This document shows, piece after piece, positions 25,062-32,884 of a DNA stretch of 32,884 nt. How positions within the stretch are numbered: the stretch's first letter is position 1; each line of letters opens with the position of its first letter. The notes beneath the pieces are model-generated. The model worked only from the letters and a program-made list of their open reading frames with translations. It did not search any database and was not told where the DNA came from. Both the position numbers and the translations under genes were made by a program. The stretch spans positions 1 through 32,884 of the forward strand of contig CAOKJC010000003.1 of the NCBI GenBank assembly GCA_948468685.1, read 5' to 3'. The stretch is from an uncultured Clostridium sp. (GTDB lineage: Bacteria; Bacillota; Clostridia; TANB77; CAG-508).

Positions 25062-27815
25062 TTACTGATTTCTTCCACAGCAATTCTTGTATTTCTTCCC
25101 ACTTCCACATGGACAAGCATCATTTCTACCAACTTTAGGTCCTTCGTTTATAACTGTTTGGCTATATTCAGGTGTACTTATTTTCTTTCCACCATCAACA
25201 CTATTAATAGCCTCTAAAGCTGCACCTGTTATTTTTGCAGTTTCTTGTCTTTGAGCATTTTCACTTTGTTTTCTGATATTCATAAGAATTTTAACAACAT
25301 CTACTTTTATGTTTGAAACCATTTCTTCAAACATATCCATACCTTCCATTCTGTATTTTACAACAGGATCTTGTTGTCCATAAGCACGTAATCCAATACC
25401 ATTTTTTAATTCGTCCATACTATCAATATGGTTCATCCATTTTTCATCAACTATTTTAAGCATTACAACTCTTTCAAGTTCTCTTAATCTTTCTGCTGTT
25501 ATTTCTTCTTCTTTAGCTTGATATTTTTCAATTGCTTGAGCTTGTAATTCTTCTATAATAGCATTTGAATCGTTTCTATGTTCTTTGATAAAGTCTGCCA
25601 TATCTAATCCAAATATGTTTGTTATTTCTGTACTTAAGCTTTCTTCATTTACAGTTTTTCCTTCTTCACCTTCTATAAATGTTAAAACTGTTTCTTCTGC
25701 TATACTTTTTATCATATTTAATATGCTGTTATGTATATCTTCTCCATCTAAAACTTCTCTTCTTTGTTTATAGATAATTTCTCTTTGAGCATTCATAACA
25801 TCATCATATTTTAATACATTTTTACGAGTACTAAAGTTTCTTCCTTCAACTTTCTTTTGAGCGTTTTCAACTGCTTTTGAAATCATTTTTGAAGCTATTG
25901 GCATGTTTTCATCTGCACCTAATGTGTTATAAACTCTTGTTATAGCATCTCCACCAAAGATTTTCATTAAATCATCATCTAATCCTATAAAGAATCTTGA
26001 TTCTCCGACATCTCCTTGACGTCCAGAACGTCCTCTTAACTGATTGTCAATTCTTCTTGATTCATGTCTTTCTGTACCTATTATTTTTAATCCGCCTGCA
26101 TCAATAACTTTTTGTTTTTCGTCTTTTATTTGTTCATCATATTTTTTAACTAATGTACTGAATTGTTCTCTTGCTCTTAATATATCTTGGTCATCTGTTT
26201 CATAATAAGTATTAGATTCTTCTATTAAATTTGCTGGTACTCTATTTTTTCTCATTTCTTCTTTTGCTAAGTATTCACTATTTCCTCCTAGCATAATGTC
26301 AGTACCACGTCCTGCCATGTTTGTTGCTATTGTTACAGCTCCAAATTTACCAGCTTGTGCAACTATCATAGCTTCTTTTTCATGTGATTTAGCATTTAAT
26401 ACTTCATGTGGTATTCTAGCTTCTGTTAATAATTTGCTTAATTTCTCAGATTTTTCTATTGATACTGTACCAATTAGAACTGGCTGTCCTTTTGCATGAC
26501 TTTCTTTTACTTCTTCAACTACTGCTTTAAATTTTGCTTTTTCATTTTTATATATAACATCATTTCCATCGTTTCTTACCATTGGTTTATTTGTTGGTAT
26601 TTCTACAACATCTAAGTTATATATTTCTTCGAATTCTGCTTCTTCTGTCATAGCTGTACCTGTCATACCTGATAATTTGTCATACATTCTGAAATAGTTT
26701 TGGAATGTTATTGTTGCAAGTGTCTTAGATTCATCTGCTATTTTTACTTTTTCTTTAGCTTCAATTGCTTGATGTAATCCATTGTTGTATCTTCTTCCAT
26801 ACATAATACGTCCTGTAAATTCATCAACAATTAAAACTTCTCCATCTTTTACAATGTAATCTATATCTTTTTTCATTACTCCATGAGCTCTCAAAGCTTG
26901 ATTTACATGGTGTACTAATGTAGAGTTTTCTAAGTCATTAAAGTTTTCTAATCCGAAAAATTCTTCAGCTTTTTTAGTTCCTTTTTGTGTTAATGATGCT
27001 GATTTTGCTTTTAAGTCTATTATGTAATCATAGTTTTCGTTGTCTTCTGCTTGTTCAAAATCTTTTACATCTTCTTCAACTATTACTTTTGCTTCTAATT
27101 TTCTTACAAAGTCATTTGCTTTTTTATAAAGGTCTGATGATTCATTTGCTCTACCTGAAATGATAAGTGGTGTTCTTGCTTCATCAACTAAAATACTATC
27201 GATTTCGTCAACTATTGCATAATGTAATCCTCTTTGTACTAATTGACTTTTGTAAATAACCATGTTATCTCTTAAATAGTCGAATCCAAATTCATTGTTT
27301 GTTCCATATGTTATATCTGCTGCATATGCTTTTTGTTTTGCTTGTGGGTCCATTCCTGCAATTACTAATCCAACTGATAGTCCTAAGAATTTATATAATT
27401 TTCCCATCCATTCACTATCTCTTTTTGCTAAGTAATCATTTACTGTAATTACGTGTACACCTTTTCCTTCTAGTGCATTTAAGTATACTGGTAATGTTGC
27501 AACTAATGTTTTTCCTTCACCAGTTTTCATTTCTGCAATTCTTCCTTGGTGTAAAATAATTCCACCTATTAATTGTACATCAAAGTGTCTCATTCCTAAT
27601 GCTCTTTTTGAAGCTTCTCTTACTACTGCAAAGGCTTCTGGTAATATATCATCTAATGTCTTTCCATTTTTTAATTCTTCTTTAAAATAATTTGTTTTTT
27701 CTTTTAATTCATGGTCTGTTAATTTTTCCATTTCTGGTTCTAAGCTGTTGATTTTTTCTATTGTTGGCATTATTCTTTTTACTTCTTTTTCACTATATGT
27801 TTTAAATAGTTTCAT
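25062..27815 (-). CDS. secA: Protein translocase subunit SecA
   Basis: [50 protein letters not shown] and C-terminal SEC-C motif [13 protein letters not shown]. Confidence 0.99.
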   Translation of the reverse strand: MKLFKTYSEKEVKRIMPTIEKINSLEPEMEKLTDHELKEKTNYFKEELKNGKTLDDILPEAFAVVREASKRALGMRHFDVQLIGGIILHQGRIAEMKTGEGKTLVATLPVYLNALEGKGVHVITVNDYLAKRDSEWMGKLYKFLGLSVGLVIAGMDPQAKQKAYAADITYGTNNEFGFDYLRDNMVIYKSQLVQRGLHYAIVDEIDSILVDEARTPLIISGRANESSDLYKKANDFVRKLEAKVIVEEDVKDFEQAEDNENYDYIIDLKAKSASLTQKGTKKAEEFFGLENFNDLENSTLVHHVNQALRAHGVMKKDIDYIVKDGEVLIVDEFTGRIMYGRRYNNGLHQAIEAKEKVKIADESKTLATITFQNYFRMYDKLSGMTGTAMTEEAEFEEIYNLDVVEIPTNKPMVRNDGNDVIYKNEKAKFKAVVEEVKESHAKGQPVLIGTVSIEKSEKLSKLLTEARIPHEVLNAKSHEKEAMIVAQAGKFGAVTIATNMAGRGTDIMLGGNSEYLAKEEMRKNRVPANLIEESNTYYETDDQDILRAREQFSTLVKKYDEQIKDEKQKVIDAGGLKIIGTERHESRRIDNQLRGRSGRQGDVGESRFFIGLDDDLMKIFGGDAITRVYNTLGADENMPIASKMISKAVENAQKKVEGRNFSTRKNVLKYDDVMNAQREIIYKQRREVLDGEDIHNSILNMIKSIAEETVLTFIEGEEGKTVNEESLSTEITNIFGLDMADFIKEHRNDSNAIIEELQAQAIEKYQAKEEEITAERLRELERVVMLKIVDEKWMNHIDSMDELKNGIGLRAYGQQDPVVKYRMEGMDMFEEMVSNIKVDVVKILMNIRKQSENAQRQETAKITGAALEAINSVDGGKKISTPEYSQTVINEGPKVGRNDACPCGSGKKYKNCCGRNQ

Positions 27816-27859
27816 ATTTGTATATTCCTCCTAGGTTTTTTGTTTTATTTTCCTTTGTA

Positions 27860-27888
27860 ACTATATCATTAAAAGATGCTTTTAGCAA
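27860..27888 (-). promoter_or_regulatory. Sigma-A promoter of secA
   Basis: Minus strand TTGCTA (27888-27883), 17 nt ending TGA, TATAGT (27865-27860). Confidence 0.7.
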
Positions 27889-27981
27889 GTAGTTTTTGTA
27901 ATATTTATATATATTTCTCATATATTTTAATAAAATCACTTTAGAAATGAGTTACAATTCACAGTTATCTATTTGATTTTA

Positions 27982-28131
27982 AAAATGTTTACTATATAAT
28001 ATTTAAAATTGAGTTTGACCTTGATTAGTTATTCATATCAATATATTATAGTGTGTATCTAACATATAAATATTCTGTGCCCTAACCGCCTTGGAAAACG
28101 GAAATTTGAAATATTATATAGTAAACATTTT
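27982..28131 (+). ncRNA. Candidate 6S-RNA-like rod-shaped RNA
   Basis: Perfect 23-bp terminal inverted repeat, internal bubble (GAGTTTGACCTTGA opposite ACCGCCTTGGAAAACGG) and a second inner stem; no ORF. Confidence 0.45.
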
Positions 28132-28179
28132 ATAATAATTTTTTGTAGTTGCAAATTGTAACAGAAATGAGGATTATAT

Positions 28180-28735
28180 ATGTTTGTATTTAATGTCAAG
28201 GTAAATCGGAAGTAAAATATTTAAATATTTCTTTATTGGAGTTATTATACTTTTAATATGTATATTAGGAATTGTCATGTATAAAGTATTTACTGGTGCA
28301 AATAATAGCACAAGAAGCGAAAGTTGCTTACCTAGTAAAAATGGAGTTTCTCAAATATCTTCTAAAAATTACACAAATGTTTTAAAAACTGTTCATGAAA
28401 ATATTGATTCTTATGTTGGAAAAAAGATTTGTTTTACAGGATATGTTTATCGAGTTTTGGACTTAGAAGGTAATCAATTTGTTTTAGCTAGAGATATGAT
28501 TATAAATTCTAATTATCAAAGTGTTATTGTTGGCTTTCTTTGCGAATATGATAATGCTAAAGATTTTGCAAATGATACTTGGGTCCAAGTTACTGGTGAA
28601 ATTGTAAAGGGTGATTATCATGGTGATATGCCTATTTTAAAAATCACTGAAATAGATGTTGTACCAAAGCCTTCTTCTGAAGAATATGTTTATCCTCCTG
28701 ATGATAGTTATATTCCTACTAGTGGAATATTATAA
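28180..28735 (+). CDS. Membrane-anchored DUF1980/YcgQ C-terminal-like protein, interrupted by a +1 frameshift at CGG 28207-28209
   Basis: GAGGA RBS, then ATG 28180 MFVFNVKVN-CGG-AAG-TAA. The +1 frame gives GSKIFKYFFIGVIILLICILGIV (TM) running into track ORF 28277-28735 (YVGKKICFTGYVYR, FVLAR, VGFLC, DTWVQVTG); joined length 184 aa. Confidence 0.75.
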
Positions 28736-28764
28736 AAGACCTCTAAATAGTAGAGGCTTTTTTT
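28734..28764 (+). terminator. Intrinsic terminator
   Basis: AAAAGACCTCTA-AATAG-TAGAGGCTTTTTTT. Confidence 0.75.
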
Positions 28765-28869
28765 GTTTTTCTATTTCTTTTTGTGTCATTTAATGTTAAA
28801 ATATATTATATAAAATTTTTATTACTACTCTATGTTTTATTCTAAGATATAAAAAGGGGTGGATGTATT

Positions 28870-29598
28870 ATGCTTAATGTATTAATTGCTGATGATAATA
28901 TTTATTATGTTAAAAATTTGGTGAATTTTGTAATTGGAAAGAATTCTAATATCAAAATAACTAATATTGCTTCTGATGGTTTAGAGGTTTTGAATGTAAT
29001 TCAAGAAAATTCTGATAAAATAGATTTAATACTTTTAGATTTAAAAATGCCTAAGATTGATGGTATAGAAATATTAGATAAATTATATAATATGAACCTA
29101 GCTCATTCCCCAACTGTTTTTGTTATTTCTGGTGAGAGTTATCTTTTAAGTCAAGTTATTCATCATCCTCTTGTATCAGATTTTATAAATAAGTTTGAAA
29201 ATATGGATAATATATATAACAAGTTGCAAAATTATGAAAGAAATTTAAATTTTTTAAAGCAAAAAGAAAATTTGTCAAAAAAGATATATTCTGAACTTGT
29301 TCATATTGGATATAATCCTTCACATATAGGTACTCAATATATAAAAGAATGTATATTGGAAATTTATTCAAATAGTAATAATACATATACTCAAAATTTA
29401 GAAAACTTTATATATAAAAAAATTGCATTTTCACATAACAAGTCTTTAAAAAATGTAAAGACTAATATTGTAAAAGCTACAGATTATATGTATACAGAGG
29501 CAGATATGTCTAAAATTAAAGATTATTTTTGTTTTAATGATATTAATAAAAAGCCTACTCCTAAAGTTGTTATTTCTACTATTTTGAATAAGTTATAA
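28870..29598 (+). CDS. Spo0A-like response regulator (receiver plus divergent Spo0A C-terminal domain)
   Basis: VLIADDN, LILLDLKMPKIDG and FINK receiver motifs; C-terminus IGYNPSHIGTQYIKECI, IYKKIA, KPTPKVVISTI parallels Spo0A_C. Confidence 0.85.
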   Translation: MLNVLIADDNIYYVKNLVNFVIGKNSNIKITNIASDGLEVLNVIQENSDKIDLILLDLKMPKIDGIEILDKLYNMNLAHSPTVFVISGESYLLSQVIHHPLVSDFINKFENMDNIYNKLQNYERNLNFLKQKENLSKKIYSELVHIGYNPSHIGTQYIKECILEIYSNSNNTYTQNLENFIYKKIAFSHNKSLKNVKTNIVKATDYMYTEADMSKIKDYFCFNDINKKPTPKVVISTILNKL

Positions 29599-29604
29599 CA
29601 TAGC

Positions 29605-29646
29605 AAGAACTTCTATTATACTTTTAAAAGTATAGTAGAAGTTCTT
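29605..29646. terminator. Bidirectional terminator-like palindrome
   Basis: AAGAACTTCTATTATACTTTT/AAAAGTATAGTAGAAGTTCTT between convergent genes. Confidence 0.75.
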
Positions 29647-29734
29647 TTATTTACTAAATGTTGTCTTCCATTTTTTAACTACATCATCAATTCCTTAAAA
29701 TATATGTAACTTCTTTATCAACATTGTCTTAAAT

Positions 29735-30124
29735 TTATTCAAATATTTTATCTTTATGTTGTTCTATATATTTTTCTAAAAAATCGCAAAGTGAAGGTTC
29801 AAATTCATAATATGCATCATCTGTTTGTATATAATCATCTAGTTCACCATAAGCTACTGCTTTTTTATAATTGTTAGCAATCTTTTTATTACTAATTTCT
29901 AAAATTGCTTGATATAATTCTTCTGAATTGGTTTCAGGATAGCTGTCAAAATATTCACTATGTCCACCACTATTAATTTCACTATCATAGTAAAAACATA
30001 ATACTGCATTTTTTTGAGTTCTATTTAATGTATCTATATCTCTATTACAAATATCTTCAATAAAACAATTCCATCTTTCAATTTTTTCAGAAATAATATT
30101 ACTATTTTCATTTAAAACATTCAT
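29735..30124 (-). CDS. DUF4375/DMP19-like protein, putative orphan immunity
   Basis: YYDSEINSGGHSEYF motif and acidic DDAYYE C-terminus; start at ATG 30124 after GGGAGG. Confidence 0.75.
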   Translation of the reverse strand: MNVLNENSNIISEKIERWNCFIEDICNRDIDTLNRTQKNAVLCFYYDSEINSGGHSEYFDSYPETNSEELYQAILEISNKKIANNYKKAVAYGELDDYIQTDDAYYEFEPSLCDFLEKYIEQHKDKIFE

Positions 30125-30279
30125 TTTTCGCCTCCCAATAATTATAAGATTTGTTATCATGTTGGGTTTTATTATTTGTATGTTAAATACATCTTATTAA
30201 ATTGTTTTATAAATTATATAGTTGAAAACTATCCACTATCTTATCTATCACTTCTAGTTCTTCATTCTTCTCTTTACTA

Positions 30280-30484
30280 TTATATTACTATTTATATCAT
30301 ATCCATATTCTTTTGTAAAACAATATTTTTTTATTTACTTACATTCTTAATTCCTTAAAATATAAGTTTTTCTTTCAACTTCACGGTTCAATACAAAACA
30401 TAAGAAACTCTAATTATATTTTATGAATTCCTTCCATTTTACCTTGTTTATAAACTTTTTCTATAAAATATGATAGAGTTTCTA
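30280..30484. repeat. Inter-cassette repeat, copy 1
   Basis: Highly similar to 31716-31972; contains hairpin AGAAACTCTA...TAGAGTTTCT and a YD-repeat remnant. Confidence 0.9.
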
Positions 30485-30496
30485 GTATTTCTTTAT

Positions 30497-31012
30497 TTAG
30501 ATTCTAAGTTTCTTTTGTTTCAAAAATTGTTCAAATTGCTTTGCCGTTCCTTTAGTAAAACTATCTTTTTTTAATGCAATTCTTAATTTTGTTTTACTTA
30601 CTAAAATATAATAATTTTTAGTCTTCACTGCTTTTTCTATATTTGAAAATTTCATATTTTCTATATGATTTGTATAAATATTTATTTCCTCTTCTGTAAT
30701 TAGCAACTCCACTTCAATCAAATTCCCATTATTCTTTTCTAAATCTCTATTATATTCAAGATTCTTATTTTTATAGAATATATAAAATTGAAAACATAAT
30801 AATATTAATAATGTAGCAATATTTGCCATTGCTGTATTAATATCTAAAATTATTAATTTAGGAAATATGATAGATAATATGCTAATGATAAAATTAACAA
30901 TAAATATTATTTCCACAACAAGCATACATGGTCTTTTAAAACAAATATATTTATAATATTCATTATAGTAATCTTTTGTATACATGAATTTATTTTTAAA
31001 AATTACTTCCAT
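30497..31012 (-). CDS. YcxB-like membrane protein, putative immunity partner
   Basis: Two TM segments, then F..IEKAVKTKNYYIL..IALKKDSFTKG..QFEQFL; ATG 31012 after GGAGG. Confidence 0.75.
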   Translation of the reverse strand: MEVIFKNKFMYTKDYYNEYYKYICFKRPCMLVVEIIFIVNFIISILSIIFPKLIILDINTAMANIATLLILLCFQFYIFYKNKNLEYNRDLEKNNGNLIEVELLITEEEINIYTNHIENMKFSNIEKAVKTKNYYILVSKTKLRIALKKDSFTKGTAKQFEQFLKQKKLRI

Positions 31013-31055
31013 AAAAATCACCCTCCGTTTTAATTTATATACTTTTATTCTAAAT

Positions 31056-31667
31056 TTAATATGCAGGTTGTAAAGAACTATTGCATGTTCCAGTTTGAAA
31101 AATCATATATGCTGCCCCAAAAAATGCTCCATTTATACTAGCATTAGCATATGCAGATTCTGAAATATCTCCATTTATTTGTTTTTCAATTTCTACTTCA
31201 AATCCTATCTGTAGTTTTGTAATATCTAATCGTACTGATGCACTACTAGTTAAATCTTCATGAATTAGTGAAAATTTTAATCCTGTATTATTTAATCCTA
31301 TACTAAAATCCATTGTAGCTTTTGCAATATTTACTTTTATTCCTACATTTGAAGAAGTTGGAGCATTTGAAACTCCATTTGCATAAACTGATATTGGCTT
31401 AGATGAATTATTTTTTCCTGATGTAACAGTACTTATTGTACTACCAGTAGTAACAGATATTGGAGAAATGATTGGTGTTTTAGAATATACTTCTTCTTTT
31501 ACATCTGAAACTTGTGTAGAAGCACCAAATAATCTAGTTATTATATTTCCTATATTTTTGAAAAAATTCCCTATCTCTTTCCAAAACTTTCCATTCGAAT
31601 CCAATCTATTAATTGGATTGTTTTCACAATATGCATATACATTTGTCCCCAAAAGTGTTTCTGTTAA
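31056..31667 (-). pseudogene. Orphan Rhs C-terminal toxin module
   Basis: NVYAYCENNPINRLDSNG (end of Rhs core, PxxxxDxxG) followed by an unrecognised ~175-aa tip; no RBS or N-terminal Rhs body. Confidence 0.85.
31624..31667. repeat. 44-bp exact repeat of the Rhs core junction
   Basis: TCACAATATGCATATACATTTGTCCCCAAAAGTGTTTCTGTTAA is identical at 32773-32816. Confidence 0.95.
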
Positions 31668-31715
31668 TTTTATTTAAATTTAACCTTGATAGCTTGTCTA
31701 TTGTGTTTGTCCGAG

Positions 31716-31972
31716 TTATATTACTATTTATATCATATCCATATAACAATATTTTTTATTTACTTACATTCTTAATTCCTTAAAATATACGTTTTTCTTT
31801 CAACTTCTCGGTTCAATACGAAACATAAGAAACTCTAATTGCATTTTATGGCTCCCTTTCGCTTCACTTTGTTCAGCTCATCGTCATTCAAAAATTTTTT
31901 CAAAATTTTTGCCTTCCAAACCATTATATGAGCGTATATGAACTCTTTCCATAAAATGTAATAGAGTTTCTA
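31716..31972. repeat. Inter-cassette repeat, copy 2 (with an extra ~55-60 nt structured insert)
   Basis: Aligns to 30280-30484; extra sequence at about 31852-31911. Confidence 0.9.
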
Positions 31973-32065
31973 ATATTTTTCCAATCACATTCGAAGCTTT
32001 TTTCAAAACTTATATTTCAAAGATTTGTAAAGGTAATTTTAAGTATTATATTCGACTTATTTTAT

Positions 32066-32419
32066 TCATTCTATACCTTTTTCCTTCCATATCTTTAATG
32101 CTATTTCTGCTTCAAATCTTATAATTCCTATATCTTGTTTATTTGATATTTCTTCTATTTTTTTTAATGCTTTATCTATATTGCAGTTATGTCTTAACGA
32201 ATCTGAAGATGCATTAAATGATACTTCTATATTATTATTATCTATAAGTTCTTTTAGAGCTTCTATATAATAATTCTCATTTTGATATTTATCATTTAGT
32301 TTATTTAATTTTAGAGCATATCTATTATTAGTTCTGTAATTGTTTTTTAACATTGCATTTTGCATATTAATAATATAATTTATATACTGTTCTATGAAAT
32401 AATTTTTATTTGATTTCAC
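32066..32419 (-). CDS. Putative immunity protein (helical repeat, DUF2019-like)
   Basis: Probable GTG start at 32419 after GGAGG embedded in the toxin 3' end; 117 aa ending AEIALKIWKEKGIE. Confidence 0.7.
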   Translation of the reverse strand: MKSNKNYFIEQYINYIINMQNAMLKNNYRTNNRYALKLNKLNDKYQNENYYIEALKELIDNNNIEVSFNASSDSLRHNCNIDKALKKIEEISNKQDIGIIRFEAEIALKIWKEKGIE

Positions 32420-32420
32420 T

Positions 32421-32884
32421 TTACATTCCTCCAAACATTTTTATAACATTTATTCCAAACTCACGTTGTGCTTCATAACTTTGTCCTGCTAACCAATCTC
32501 TAATTTTCATTGGTTTATCTAAATTTCTATTGTTTCTACTATAATAACTACTTATCTTCCTATGTAATCCTCTATCTATAGAAATTAGATTTCTTTCACT
32601 ATTTATAAGTTGTACATCAATTCCTGATTTTTTTACCTGACATTGTTCTACTATATGATGCCAATCTCTTCCTTCTCCTGCTGGTCCCATTGCTTTCTTT
32701 GCTTGTCTGAATGATTTGTATCCTTTGCTCGCATTTGTTGTGTTTGAATTTAATCTATTATCAAAATTATCATCACAATATGCATATACATTTGTCCCCA
32801 AAAGTGTTTCTGTTAAAATATTATCTGCATTTATAAACCTTCCCCATTCTGGACTATAATATCTGCTTTGCAAATAATATAAGT
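32421..32884 (-). CDS. Rhs-repeat protein C-terminus with a putative HNH-like nuclease toxin tip (partial, runs off the window)
   Basis: LYYLQSRYYSPEWGRFINAD and NVYAYC core motifs; tip contains DWHHIVEQ, N..NL and LHRKIS. Confidence 0.88.
   Translation of the reverse strand, partial: LYYLQSRYYSPEWGRFINADNILTETLLGTNVYAYCDDNFDNRLNSNTTNASKGYKSFRQAKKAMGPAGEGRDWHHIVEQCQVKKSGIDVQLINSERNLISIDRGLHRKISSYYSRNNRNLDKPMKIRDWLAGQSYEAQREFGINVIKMFGGM

Noticed and set aside
27897-27930. Sporulation sigma-E/K-like promoter (CATATATT)
   Set aside because: The match is too degenerate in near-pure AT sequence to support.
4657-31677. Many short plus-strand ORFs antisense to long genes (e.g. 5551, 6644, 8119, 8554, 12070, 13686, 17188, 22667, 26296, 31468)
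   Set aside because: They are shadow ORFs of AT-rich coding sequence with Phe/Ile/Leu/Ser-biased composition and no RBS or motifs.

Overview
Very AT-rich chromosomal window from a spore-forming, Clostridia-like firmicute. Housekeeping genes are pepF, spoVFB, an MBOAT/DHHW acylation cluster, an acyl-CoA ligase, a YihY-family gene, recG, secA and a Spo0A-like regulator. There are two accessory blocks. The first lies between recG and secA and holds a five-gene TerY-P-like operon (PP2C, degenerate vWA, helical protein, vWA, 1564-aa multi-kinase), a HaeIII-family restriction pseudogene and an integrase remnant. The second is an Rhs toxin/immunity cassette array at the right end. The most striking signal is that three unrelated native genes (spoVFB, recG, a DUF1980-like gene) are each broken at an in-frame CGG-A codon and restored to an intact protein by a +1 shift (C-GGA, reading Gly), which suggests systematic recoding at CGG. 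Also seen: a family of 31-bp palindromic TGT...ACA repeats at gene 3' ends, a 6S-RNA-like 150-nt rod upstream of secA, and a structured ~200-250 bp spacer repeated between Rhs cassettes. All calls come from reading motifs by eye; no database searches were run.
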